Source: a virus. From it: a stretch of DNA of 64,000 bases. The stretch covers positions 9,080 to 73,079 of IMG/VR virus record IMGVR_UViG_3300027971_000046; one strand, 5' to 3'. This document shows positions 27,828 to 36,306 of the stretch, in pieces. The position numbers and the translations under genes were made by a program. Position 1 is the stretch's first letter. Every line of letters starts with the position of its first letter. The notes beneath the pieces are model-generated. The model did not search any database. It worked only from the letters and a program-made list of their open reading frames with translations, and had not been told where the DNA came from.

Positions 27828-28262
27828 ATGGACGCAACAGAACAGTACGAAAAGTGGAAGGCACAGTTTCCTCTGTGCTTTGAGCGCACGGGTTCGTGCA
27901 TGGATTTTGGACTACAGTGTGGCAGCGGATGGTTCCCGCTGCTTGAGCGACTGCTCGCAAAGATTGAAGCCCACCTTGCGGAAAAGTACGCCGCAGGATT
28001 TCACGATCCCGAATACGGATTTCGCATTGACCAAATCAAGGAAAAGTTTGGAACGCTGCGGTTCTATGTGGGTGGCGGGGACGACACAATCTTTAGGTGG
28101 ATCGTGGACGCTGAACGCGAAAGCGCACAGACCTGCGAAATGAGCGGCGCGCCAGGCACCCTGCACTGCAAGCGCGGTGGGTTCTGGCTGCGAACGCTGT
28201 CCCCCGAAAAGGCTGCGGAGTACGACTACGAGCCGTACAAGGATGACGAATCATTCATTTGA
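27828..28262 (+). CDS. conserved phage protein
   Basis: CGSGW...QIKEKFGTLRFY...TCE motif. Confidence 0.75.
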   Translation: MDATEQYEKWKAQFPLCFERTGSCMDFGLQCGSGWFPLLERLLAKIEAHLAEKYAAGFHDPEYGFRIDQIKEKFGTLRFYVGGGDDTIFRWIVDAERESAQTCEMSGAPGTLHCKRGGFWLRTLSPEKAAEYDYEPYKDDESFI

Positions 28263-28271
28263 GGAAACCCC

Positions 28272-28853
28272 ATGACCTTGCCGTATGAAGAAGTCAACAG
28301 CCTGAAAGCCGTTCGCAAGTTTCTGTACGATCTGCTTGACCCGTCCAAGACTCCGCGTGTGCCAAAGGCAATCCGCCTACGCGCACACCGCCTATCCAAG
28401 CACTACCCGATGGACCACAGCATTACGGAGCGGTATCCTGATGTTGCGGAAGTGTCAGACACCCGTTTGCGGGACGCAATGAATCGCGTTACGGCTCAAT
28501 ACGAAAACACATTTAAAAGACTCGCACAATCAGAACAGGAAGACGCAATGACTGAAGACAATACCACGACCACCACTCGCAAGAACTATCTCGCAGAAAT
28601 CACCGAACAATATCTCAAGAACGGTGAAACCATTACCGTTACCTTCACCAAGAAGGACGGCACGGAGCGCGTCATGCTCTGCACTCGCAACATGGCAGCG
28701 ATCCCCGAGGACAAGCACCCGAAGGGCGATGGCAAGACGAAGGCGGCGCACCTGATTGTAGCCTTTGATTTGGAAAAGGGTGAGTGGCGATCATTCGGTG
28801 AAGAGTCCGTGCTGTCTGTGCAGCGCGGTTCCATGCTCCACGAATCGGTCTAA
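28272..28853 (+). CDS. TxPxE-type N-terminal domain fused to WYL_2/SH3-like beta-barrel domain
   Basis: MTLPYE...TPRVPKAIR...HYP, then VTFTKKDGTERVMLCT...FDLEKGEWRSF. Confidence 0.7.
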   Translation: MTLPYEEVNSLKAVRKFLYDLLDPSKTPRVPKAIRLRAHRLSKHYPMDHSITERYPDVAEVSDTRLRDAMNRVTAQYENTFKRLAQSEQEDAMTEDNTTTTTRKNYLAEITEQYLKNGETITVTFTKKDGTERVMLCTRNMAAIPEDKHPKGDGKTKAAHLIVAFDLEKGEWRSFGEESVLSVQRGSMLHESV

Positions 28854-28978
28854 AATATTGCAGATTTCGTACCCCGCGCAGAACCCCTGTTTTTACAGGG
28901 GTTTCTGTGTATAAGTTATCGGACTTTGTAAATCAGCCTCTTGACGGAAACCCCTGTTTTCCAGTACAATGGTGGTCT

Positions 28979-29761
28979 ATGGCAACCGCCTCAACTATCG
29001 CACCCACGCGCCGTTCCGCCCGTTCGCCCATGCAGTACAAGCCCTACACGCTCAACCCGTCCGCAGTTCCCTACGGTCTGTGGATTGACATTCCGTTCCG
29101 CAAGCGCGGCAGCACGGCTATCCGCTCCGAAGCGAAGGGTCGCGGTGCGCGTTTCTGCCCCGCCGCCAAGGGCACGATCAAGTGGTGGATGCCCAACAAC
29201 CGCCTGACTGCGGACACCGTGAATTGGCTCAATCAGTACGAAATGATTCGCGGTGAGCGCAAGGCTCCCGTGTTCAACCCCAACGCCATGACGGTCGCGG
29301 ACATCAACCTCGCGTACCCGTTCCGCGTGTACCTTGCCGTGCCGTTCGCAGACAAGGACTTTGCGAAGAACGCGGGTGCGCTGTGGAGCAGCGAGGACAA
29401 GCGGTGGTACTACAATGCCACCAACCTCACGCAGCACCGCTTTGACGAAATGCTGAAGAAGCAGTGGGTGTTCTCGTTCCACGGTGTGCTGAAGAGCGAC
29501 CCCACGCACACCGCTGTGGGTGTGTACTTCTTCAAGGAAGACTTTGGTGGAGGAGTTGCGGTGCAGAGTGTTGCCGCGCCGTTCGTGCCGCAAGTGTGGA
29601 CTTTCGTGAAGAACGGATTGATGATCACGATGAACACGATGGCAGACGGTCGCATCGCTCTTGAATCCGAGGATCAGTCCTATGTGGACGGTACTTATAC
29701 GAAGGACGAAGCGCGTATCACTTGGAACGCGCTCCTCTCTGACGGTTGGGTGCTTGCCTAA
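28979..29761 (+). CDS. protein with two DUF5710-like domains
   Basis: YLAVPFADKDFAKNAGALWSSEDKRWY and WIDIPF...AKGRGARF...KWW; TTGACG-N18-TACAAT promoter. Confidence 0.7.
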   Translation: MATASTIAPTRRSARSPMQYKPYTLNPSAVPYGLWIDIPFRKRGSTAIRSEAKGRGARFCPAAKGTIKWWMPNNRLTADTVNWLNQYEMIRGERKAPVFNPNAMTVADINLAYPFRVYLAVPFADKDFAKNAGALWSSEDKRWYYNATNLTQHRFDEMLKKQWVFSFHGVLKSDPTHTAVGVYFFKEDFGGGVAVQSVAAPFVPQVWTFVKNGLMITMNTMADGRIALESEDQSYVDGTYTKDEARITWNALLSDGWVLA

Positions 29762-29768
29762 AAGGAGA

Positions 29769-30041
29769 ATGACACAAATGTGCAATTACGAACACTGTGA
29801 CAGTTGCGGTTGCCGCGTCCACGCCAAGGCGCGGATGGTGGTGGAGTCCCTGCCGTGTGATGTGGCTTCCGCCAATGTGGGCGAGAGCGCGACCCTGTGC
29901 CGCCGTTGCTACGGCATCGTGTCGGGCAAGGACGCGCCTGTGCCTGATGACAACGCGAACCCGTGCCGCTGCTGCGGCGAAATCGTTTACGACACCGACT
30001 ACGACACCTGTGACACCTGTGAGGAGACTGACAATGGCTAA
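29769..30041 (+). CDS. Cys-rich zinc-finger protein
   Basis: four CxxC pairs; AAGGAG RBS. Confidence 0.6.
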   Translation: MTQMCNYEHCDSCGCRVHAKARMVVESLPCDVASANVGESATLCRRCYGIVSGKDAPVPDDNANPCRCCGEIVYDTDYDTCDTCEETDNG

Positions 30042-30285
30042 CACCAAGACCAAGAAGAAGATTCGTAAGCCCGCAATTTTCCGCACCCGCAACATATACG
30101 CTGAAGCCTTTGTTGAGATCAGCGGTCGGCGTACCGTTCGCTTCTACGACAGAGGCAGCGTAGGGATGTGGTCGGATGTGGGAGTCACCGTCCCGAGCAT
30201 TGCGGAATTCACCAAGTTCACCGAGTGGATGAAGAAGGCACGGGCATGGACGCGACAGAGGAACTTCAAGGAGGAAACCAAGTGA
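30034..30285 (+). CDS. hypothetical protein
   Basis: GAGGAG RBS. Confidence 0.55.
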   Translation: MANTKTKKKIRKPAIFRTRNIYAEAFVEISGRRTVRFYDRGSVGMWSDVGVTVPSIAEFTKFTEWMKKARAWTRQRNFKEETK

Positions 30286-30488
30286 GCGACGAAGAGCGCG
30301 AGTACCTGAACGAAACGATCAGGAACCTCAACAATCAACTCGTTGATGCGTTGCGTGAGCGTGACGAGGCGAGGCGGATGTGCTGTGAGCGAGCCGCTAT
30401 GGATGAGAGCGGATATGTGAAGCATGGAACCATGCTCCACTTCGCAGAGTCTCGCGGCTGGGACTGCTACAAGGAGGACTGCAAGTGA
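30282..30488 (+). CDS. ERDEARR/GWDC-family microprotein
   Basis: GTG start in the AAGTGA junction; near-duplicate of 31366..31572. Confidence 0.7.
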   Translation: MSDEEREYLNETIRNLNNQLVDALRERDEARRMCCERAAMDESGYVKHGTMLHFAESRGWDCYKEDCK

Positions 30489-30703
30489 GCGAATACAAAT
30501 GGGAAAAACTCAAAGGCAAGCGGCTACTGCTGACTGACAGGATCACGCGAATCCAACGCAGCGAATGGACTCTGCTTGAAATCTCCCCAAACGGCAAGGT
30601 GGGGAAGTTCCGCAACGAACTTGCCGACACCTGTTTTTGGACTGACCTTGATGATCTTGTTGTGGTGGATGTGCTTCCACCTAACAAGGAGGACGGCAAG
30701 TGA
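30485..30703 (+). CDS. hypothetical microprotein
   Basis: flanked by junction repeats. Confidence 0.6.
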   Translation: MSEYKWEKLKGKRLLLTDRITRIQRSEWTLLEISPNGKVGKFRNELADTCFWTDLDDLVVVDVLPPNKEDGK

Positions 30704-30930
30704 ACGAACACGATGCCATCGCAAGGATCAAGAGGCTGTCTCACAACATTAACTGTGCCGATGAGATCTGGAACTGTGCCGATGAGATCGCAGAAGTGAT
30801 TGAGCGGCTAATCAATGAGCGTGATGAGGCGAGGCGGATGTATTGCGGGCGGGCATCCCGCGATGTGCCGCTTGATGCGTTTGATATTGCGAAGAACCAC
30901 GGTTGGGATTGCTTCAAGGAGAACACATGA
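30700..30930 (+). CDS. ERDEARR/GWDC-family microprotein
   Basis: ERDEARRM...GWDCFK; internal NCADEI duplication. Confidence 0.65.
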   Translation: MNEHDAIARIKRLSHNINCADEIWNCADEIAEVIERLINERDEARRMYCGRASRDVPLDAFDIAKNHGWDCFKENT

Positions 30931-31085
30931 AGATTAGAGCAGGAAAGTTCGTACACGATGCGCTCCGCGAGGGGCAACGCTTGCGCCCGAAGACATGGGG
31001 CAAGAAGGATCGCTGTCCCCGCAAAGCACGGCGTGATGCCAAGCGCGAGGTGCGCGGCTGGGACTGTTTCAAAGATAATGCTTGA
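30927..31085 (+). CDS. basic microprotein with GWDCFKDNA tail
   Basis: ATGA overlap. Confidence 0.55.
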   Translation: MKIRAGKFVHDALREGQRLRPKTWGKKDRCPRKARRDAKREVRGWDCFKDNA

Positions 31086-31129
31086 CAACACCAATAGACT
31101 GTACTATACTAACAACAAGGAGATTGACA

Positions 31130-31369
31130 ATGACTAAGACTAAGACCGCAACCAAGACCAAGAATAGGACTAATCACATGAAGACCGCAACCAAGACCAA
31201 GACCAAGAAGAACCTCGTCAGCCTCCACGACCGCATGGATAAGATTCAAGAAATGATTGAGTTTTTGTCCAACGACATCATGGACGGTACGATCACCAAC
31301 AACGAGATCACCGACAAGTTGGACGAGATTGTTACCAAGATTGAGAACTTCAAGGAGGACGGCAAGTGA
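31130..31369 (+). CDS. hypothetical protein with KT repeats
   Basis: promoter and AAGGAG RBS. Confidence 0.6.
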   Translation: MTKTKTATKTKNRTNHMKTATKTKTKKNLVSLHDRMDKIQEMIEFLSNDIMDGTITNNEITDKLDEIVTKIENFKEDGK

Positions 31370-31572
31370 ACGAAGAAGAGCGCGAGTACCTGAATGAAAT
31401 GATCCGAAGTCTCAACAATCAACTCGTTGATGCGTTGCGTGAGCGTGACGAGGCGAGGCGGGAAGCGGCAACATTTTACGCACGTCAGTTCTATAAGGAT
31501 GACGCTGTTGATCGAATGTCTCGCATTTATGCGGAAGAGTGTGGTTGGGACTGTTTCAAAGATAACGCTTGA
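31366..31572 (+). CDS. ERDEARR/GWDC-family microprotein
   Basis: near-duplicate of 30282..30488. Confidence 0.7.
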   Translation: MNEEEREYLNEMIRSLNNQLVDALRERDEARREAATFYARQFYKDDAVDRMSRIYAEECGWDCFKDNA

Positions 31573-31621
31573 CAACACCAATAGACTGTGCTATACTATA
31601 CCAACAACAAGGAGAATAACA

Positions 31622-31975
31622 ATGACTAATCACAACAAGATCGCAGCAGATGAGTTTTGCAACAAGACGCACACTTCACCGATTGAGGCTTATGTCGCCA
31701 ATCGAATCTATGAGTTGGAGACGCAGGTGAATCGGCTGAAGCAGGAGCGGGATGAAGCCTGTGCAGCCATTGAGAAGCCTGCACAGAAGGCAAGCAAGTT
31801 CCGCAACCTGACTCAACAGGTCAACGATGTGCTTGACCTTACCCGTGGCTATGACCCCAACTCTCTTGTGGGACGGATGGCTGCTCTTTTGGAGCAGACC
31901 ACATTCTACAAGGATCTCTACTACAACACCCTGACTCCCGCACAGCGTGAGAACCCCGTGCCTCCAAAGGAGTAA
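31622..31975 (+). CDS. coiled-coil hypothetical protein
   Basis: promoter and RBS; ERDEA motif. Confidence 0.6.
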   Translation: MTNHNKIAADEFCNKTHTSPIEAYVANRIYELETQVNRLKQERDEACAAIEKPAQKASKFRNLTQQVNDVLDLTRGYDPNSLVGRMAALLEQTTFYKDLYYNTLTPAQRENPVPPKE

Positions 31976-31978
31976 AAT

Positions 31979-32632
31979 ATGAAAACTTTGATCGCAACTT
32001 TTGCTATTACCACTTCCGCATCCGCTGGCATTGTCACCTTCGACAATATCAATCCTCCTGCACCCACCGATCAGACAAGCAATCCTGGCGTTCAATTGAC
32101 CATGGATGTGGATGGATTTGCCTTCACTAGCACGAACACCTATTATGGTGACCGCCTATGGTACTACTACACTTTTTGCCCTGCCGTTTGGAGCAGCGGA
32201 ACTGCTCTTCCCATCGGCATTCGTGGAACCACAGCAGTCTTTAGCGGGTACTACCAAAACGCTGCTCCAACCTACAATGTCAGTCGAAGCGATGGAAGTT
32301 TGTGGGCATTCAACAAGGCATACTTTACCGCTCTTTGGAGTACAGGGGCGATTCATCTTGTTGGTTTGCGTGGTGGAGTTGAGGTTTTCAACTTCACTCA
32401 ATCCATCAGTAATACGCAGCAGACGATGGTTAGTTTGTCATCCTACCCAGGTCCAATCAACTGGATTGACACTTTGAAGATCACAAATGAATCAAATGAT
32501 CTGTATGGTCGTAGGAACTTCATCATGGACGATATGTTCTACACCCTTCCTGCTCCAGGTGCATTGGCTCTCATGGGGTGTGGTTTGTTTGGCATTCGCA
32601 ATCGTCGTCGCTACGAGGAGGACGGCAAGTGA
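31979..32632 (+). CDS. PEP-CTERM-like (PAPG variant) surface-sorted protein
   Basis: signal peptide ending ASA-G; C-terminal LPAPGALALMGCGLFGIRNRRR. Confidence 0.8.
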   Translation: MKTLIATFAITTSASAGIVTFDNINPPAPTDQTSNPGVQLTMDVDGFAFTSTNTYYGDRLWYYYTFCPAVWSSGTALPIGIRGTTAVFSGYYQNAAPTYNVSRSDGSLWAFNKAYFTALWSTGAIHLVGLRGGVEVFNFTQSISNTQQTMVSLSSYPGPINWIDTLKITNESNDLYGRRNFIMDDMFYTLPAPGALALMGCGLFGIRNRRRYEEDGK

Positions 32633-32663
32633 GCGACAGCACAGACCGTCCACGAAAACAAGA

Positions 32664-33383
32664 AGCCGCTCCTCACGGGGCGGCTTTCTTTTTGGCTTTA
32701 GAACAAGTTGGTCGGTTCACTTCTTTTTTCCCATCACTACCAATCTGATGTTTTCACCAAACTTGTCATTGTATACGATTGAATCGTGCTTGTCTGGATT
32801 GTATTTGTCTATAGTCGCAATTTTGTTCTTTCTTTGTGATGTATCAACTGCGGATACCTGTCTCATCTTTGCCAATGTTGCCCACAATGAACGGGAACCT
32901 GCCGATTGGGTGGGTCCACTTATGACACCACCAAACCTGTCTGCAATCATTCCATAGACCTTTGCAGCCAATCCACTCACCTTTGCGTTTCCGCCACGAT
33001 GGGACGGATGAATGTTTGGTGTGTCCACAGCAACAATACTTCTTCCATTTCGCCTACCACCGTCAACCAATGGAAATACCCCAATCTGTTTCCCCTCATG
33101 GTGTACGGTTACTGTGTCGGCTCCCATATCGTCTTGAATATGATGAACTTCATATGGACCGATATTTCCCAAATGTGCTATATGCTTGGTGTTCGGATCT
33201 GCATTCGGTTTTGTTGAATGCACATATCTGCGAGAAGCCGCCCACGGGCGTTCTACTGGCATCTCCGACAAATATTCAACGAACTGCGAGAAGGACTTCA
33301 TAGATTGCACCTATTCATTTTATGTATACCGATTTTTACTTTCCATTCTTCGTAACCACAGCCGCTCCTCACGGGGCGGCTTT
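32664..33383. repeat. identical 24-bp hairpin direct repeats (32664-32687 and 33360-33383)
   Basis: AGCCGCTCCTCACGGGGCGGCTTT twice, flanking one inverted gene. Confidence 0.85.
32717..33301 (-). CDS. capsid-targeting-sequence protein, GNAT-like fold possible
   Basis: MKSFSQFVEYLSE; HPSHRG...GLAAKVY...ISGPTQSAGSRSLW. Confidence 0.7.
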   Translation of the reverse strand: MKSFSQFVEYLSEMPVERPWAASRRYVHSTKPNADPNTKHIAHLGNIGPYEVHHIQDDMGADTVTVHHEGKQIGVFPLVDGGRRNGRSIVAVDTPNIHPSHRGGNAKVSGLAAKVYGMIADRFGGVISGPTQSAGSRSLWATLAKMRQVSAVDTSQRKNKIATIDKYNPDKHDSIVYNDKFGENIRLVVMGKKK

Positions 33384-33410
33384 TTTCATAGATACTTTCG
33401 GAGGTTCGTC

Positions 33411-33731
33411 ATGCTTGACAGTGAAAAAATCCTCGGCATTGACTTGGTTCGCATTGACGGCGAACACGGCATCTACGGAATATACGAATCCGTGAACGGC
33501 GGGGAAGAGTGGCGCAAACTTGCAGAGTCTAAAAAGATTTACGAACTGCTACAGTTTGCAAAAACCAAGTTTTCAGACGCAACACCAATGGTGTTGCCAC
33601 AGCAGATTCAAAATATTTTGACTTATGAAATCATGGAAGAGGCGGCAGATATGAAGCGGAAGGCAGCAGAAGAAAAAGCAAACCGAAATTGGTTTACGCG
33701 ACTTCTACATTTCTTTAAACGCAGGAGATAG
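33411..33731 (+). CDS. hypothetical protein
   Basis: GGAGG RBS. Confidence 0.6.
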   Translation: MLDSEKILGIDLVRIDGEHGIYGIYESVNGGEEWRKLAESKKIYELLQFAKTKFSDATPMVLPQQIQNILTYEIMEEAADMKRKAAEEKANRNWFTRLLHFFKRRR

Positions 33732-33733
33732 CC

Positions 33734-33907
33734 ATGAAGAAAACCGAGAAGGAACTCAACGAGGATTTGCTCAACGCAGCAGCACTAGCAGTCCACTCGT
33801 ATGAGGAATACCTTCTTGATGTGGTGGGGTGGCGCGAATTGGCTCAAGTCATGGACGGGCTACGCAAGAGCATAACAGCCGTAGACAAACACAAACTATC
33901 CAAATAG
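33734..33907 (+). CDS. small hypothetical protein
   Basis: AGGAG RBS; MKKTEKELNEDLL...YEEYLLD, read manually. Confidence 0.55.
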   Translation: MKKTEKELNEDLLNAAALAVHSYEEYLLDVVGWRELAQVMDGLRKSITAVDKHKLSK

Positions 33908-34103
33908 TGTTTCGGAGTGAAGTATAGACTTTTATATTGGGTCTAATTTTCCACTCGTATAAGTATCTGTGTCCAGTGTGAAGGGATAAACTCTTTAGAG
34001 TAACACCAGAGTACCATTGAGTACCAGAGGGACACCCCAAATCAAATATGAGAATAGTGGTAGTGGGGGTTGCATCTCAACGCCCACACGCTACAATAGG
34101 TGC

Positions 34104-34208
34104 ATGACGAACGACAAGCCAAGCAATCTGTGGACGGTTGCACTGCTCATCGTGGCAGGGTTCTGCCTGTACCGCATCGTGTTCCGCCCCAAGGGGAGCA
34201 AGTGGTAA
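34104..34208 (+). CDS. small membrane peptide (leaderless)
   Basis: TTGCAT-N16-TACAAT, ATG 6 nt later. Confidence 0.45.
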   Translation: MTNDKPSNLWTVALLIVAGFCLYRIVFRPKGSKW

Positions 34209-34468
34209 TGTTCCGCCTCCATATCGACATCCCAATGGGCACAGACGAAGCCACCGCCGCTGCTGTGGCGCAGACTGTGCTGTCTGCTCTACAAACTCCC
34301 GAACTACTGTCTGCGCTCCGCACACACGGCATCCCGTCTGTAAACTACCGATTAGGACACGACACAGACCGTCAGCGAAGCAATTATTTCGTGAAGACTC
34401 CAAGTGGTCATGTGACCAATCAAAAGTCTCGCATCACTCTTTCCACCGAGGAAACCCATGAAGACTGA
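34208..34468 (+). CDS. hypothetical protein
   Basis: TAATG coupling. Confidence 0.55.
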   Translation: MFRLHIDIPMGTDEATAAAVAQTVLSALQTPELLSALRTHGIPSVNYRLGHDTDRQRSNYFVKTPSGHVTNQKSRITLSTEETHED

Positions 34469-34661
34469 AACCAAGAAGCCTGTGAAGAAGACGGCAAAGA
34501 AGACTGCCACGCCTGTGAAGTTCAAGACGAAGCCCGTGATCATCAAGCCGTATACCGCAGAGCAGATTGAAACGGTTTTCCTTGCCGTGCTGCTTGGCGC
34601 GGTGAGCATTGCAGCCGTGCTGCTCACGCTCACGCTGTTCATCTCTGTTCTCAAGAACTAA
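34458..34661 (+). CDS. small membrane protein
   Basis: basic N-terminus, one transmembrane helix. Confidence 0.6.
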   Translation: MKTETKKPVKKTAKKTATPVKFKTKPVIIKPYTAEQIETVFLAVLLGAVSIAAVLLTLTLFISVLKN

Positions 34662-34753
34662 ACCACTGGGCGGTGGGCGGACGGCTTCGCAGACCTGCTT
34701 ATACCAGGTTCATTCAGGATCGACACCTGAACCGCCTATTTACGAAAACTACC

Positions 34754-35053
34754 ATGCACTACAACAACACCAATCCCGACAGTGAATTCAACGGCAGCAA
34801 CCCCACGCAAAACGATCAGATGGCTTTCATTGATTACGAAGGCGATGGGTTGTGGATGTTTGGCATTGCCACTCCCAATTATCAAATTCAGGATTTCGCT
34901 GTTTCAGAAATCATTGATCGTGACTCCGACCTAAATAAGTTGGTGAAGAGAGCAGTACTGGATTGGGGTGTTGACCCGCATGAACTGTGGGTTTCCCCAT
35001 GTGGGCGTGAGATTGCGCTGCTTGCTCTCAACGGCAAGAAGATTGGAGAGTAA
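34754..35053 (+). CDS. hypothetical protein
   Basis: ORF in operon context. Confidence 0.55.
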   Translation: MHYNNTNPDSEFNGSNPTQNDQMAFIDYEGDGLWMFGIATPNYQIQDFAVSEIIDRDSDLNKLVKRAVLDWGVDPHELWVSPCGREIALLALNGKKIGE

Positions 35054-35056
35054 ACC

Positions 35057-35269
35057 ATGAGTACACCCAAGAAGACCACAAGCATTACCCTTGACATGAA
35101 CATCGGGGACGCTGCGTTCCTGAAGATTGCCAAGGCGGCTCATGCGAACAACCGCACCTTTAACGATCAGATTAATCGCATCGTGCAGGACGCGGTGGCG
35201 AATCTTGATCGTCCTGCGGTCGCTGTCCCCGCACAACCGTTTGGTTTCTCTGCCAAGCCCCAAGTGTAA
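35057..35269 (+). CDS. small ribbon-helix-helix-like protein
   Basis: ITLDM...IAKAAH...TFNDQINRIV. Confidence 0.6.
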   Translation: MSTPKKTTSITLDMNIGDAAFLKIAKAAHANNRTFNDQINRIVQDAVANLDRPAVAVPAQPFGFSAKPQV

Positions 35270-35317
35270 ACGGAGAGCGGCAGTGCCACACGACTTGGGC
35301 TGTACAGGAGGTGTGCG

Positions 35318-35554
35318 ATGCGTGAACGAGACACTAGAGAACTTGAAGCCCTTCGGGACTTGGCGAAAGCCTTTGATAGCCTATGCGGAGACTTGCCGCG
35401 ACTTGAGAAATACAGACGAGATCAACGGGGTCGTATTGGATACACCCCTCACACCCTCGCTCTATTTCGAACCGCGTGGCGATGCTTGAGTGAGTGGAAG
35501 CGAGACTTTAAACGGGACACTAGTGGTTCCGACACAGAGGAGAGTACACCATGA
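35318..35554 (+). CDS. hypothetical protein
   Basis: AGGAGG RBS. Confidence 0.5.
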   Translation: MRERDTRELEALRDLAKAFDSLCGDLPRLEKYRRDQRGRIGYTPHTLALFRTAWRCLSEWKRDFKRDTSGSDTEESTP

Positions 35555-35567
35555 AAGGAGCAATGCA

Positions 35568-35765
35568 ATGGGTGGTAAACACGCTGCGGGCAAAGGCGAC
35601 CGCTATCGTCCAGTGGATCAAGCGGCTTGGGATCGGAATTGGGAAGCAGTCTTCGGAGACAAAACACGCCGATCTCCCGCCATGCGGAGTAGCCGCAAAG
35701 GGAAAACTACAGGGAAAAGAAATTCACCGAAAGATTCTGCTGCGCGTGATGCGCGACCTGAGTGA
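35568..35765 (+). CDS. small conserved phage protein
   Basis: GKGDRYRPVD...NWEAVF motif; AAGGAG RBS. Confidence 0.6.
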   Translation: MGGKHAAGKGDRYRPVDQAAWDRNWEAVFGDKTRRSPAMRSSRKGKTTGKRNSPKDSAARDARPE

Positions 35766-35994
35766 GCAGTACTACGGTTGTGGATGGATCGTGGGACTGG
35801 AACACTACCTGTGGACGCTTGCACTGCGTCAGGACACCGAAGAAGGACAGATTCTGCTGTACTGCGCGGAAATGAGCGGCGGGTGGTGGATGTGGGACGA
35901 CAAGCAGGAAGCAGCGGTGTTTGTGCCTCTTCCAATTTGGCGTTCCGCGTACAACGAAAACGAGATGGCGGAATCAGTCAGTCCATAAATACCT

Positions 35995-36305
35995 ACGGCA
36001 TTGTTGATCGTGGACGAAAACGCATACAGCACGGGGGTTCAACTCCCCCCGACTCCATTACTCAGATGCGCGAACGCGGAGTGACTGCATCACCCGCCTC
36101 TTCCCGCAGTCAAGCCCTCCGTTTGCAGCGGGGGCAAAACATAAGGGGTCGATTCGGAATCGACTGGTGCGGAGTACTGAAGCAGGAGATGTCCGAGGCG
36201 TGTATCAGATCCTCGTTAAAAAAACTGGTGCAACAATAATTGCTAACCAATTAGCAATGGCGGCTTGAAGCCGTGGGGACTAGCCCTCCCGCATCTGAAC
36301 GGGCT
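35995..36305 (+). ncRNA. ssrA: circularly permuted (two-piece) tmRNA, tag ANQLAMAA
   Basis: T-arm plus CGACTCCA (ends 36057) precedes the GGGGTCG 5' strand (36145); G3:U70 pair; resume motif ATAATT-GCTAAC; tag ORF 36242-36268; outer ends approximate. Confidence 0.88.
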
Positions 36306-36306
36306 G

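Larger units (their letters stand above)
31056..31627 (+). repeat. direct repeat of about 80 bp (31056-31135 and 31542-31627) containing a gene tail, sigma70 promoter and RBS
   Basis: GGGACTGTTTCAAAGATAAyGCTTGACAACACCAATAGACTGTrCTATACT...AACAACAAGGAGA in both copies. Confidence 0.85.

Noticed and set aside
30282-31572. Diversity-generating retroelement template/variable repeat pair
   Set aside because: Differences between copies are not adenine-specific and no reverse transcriptase is in the window.
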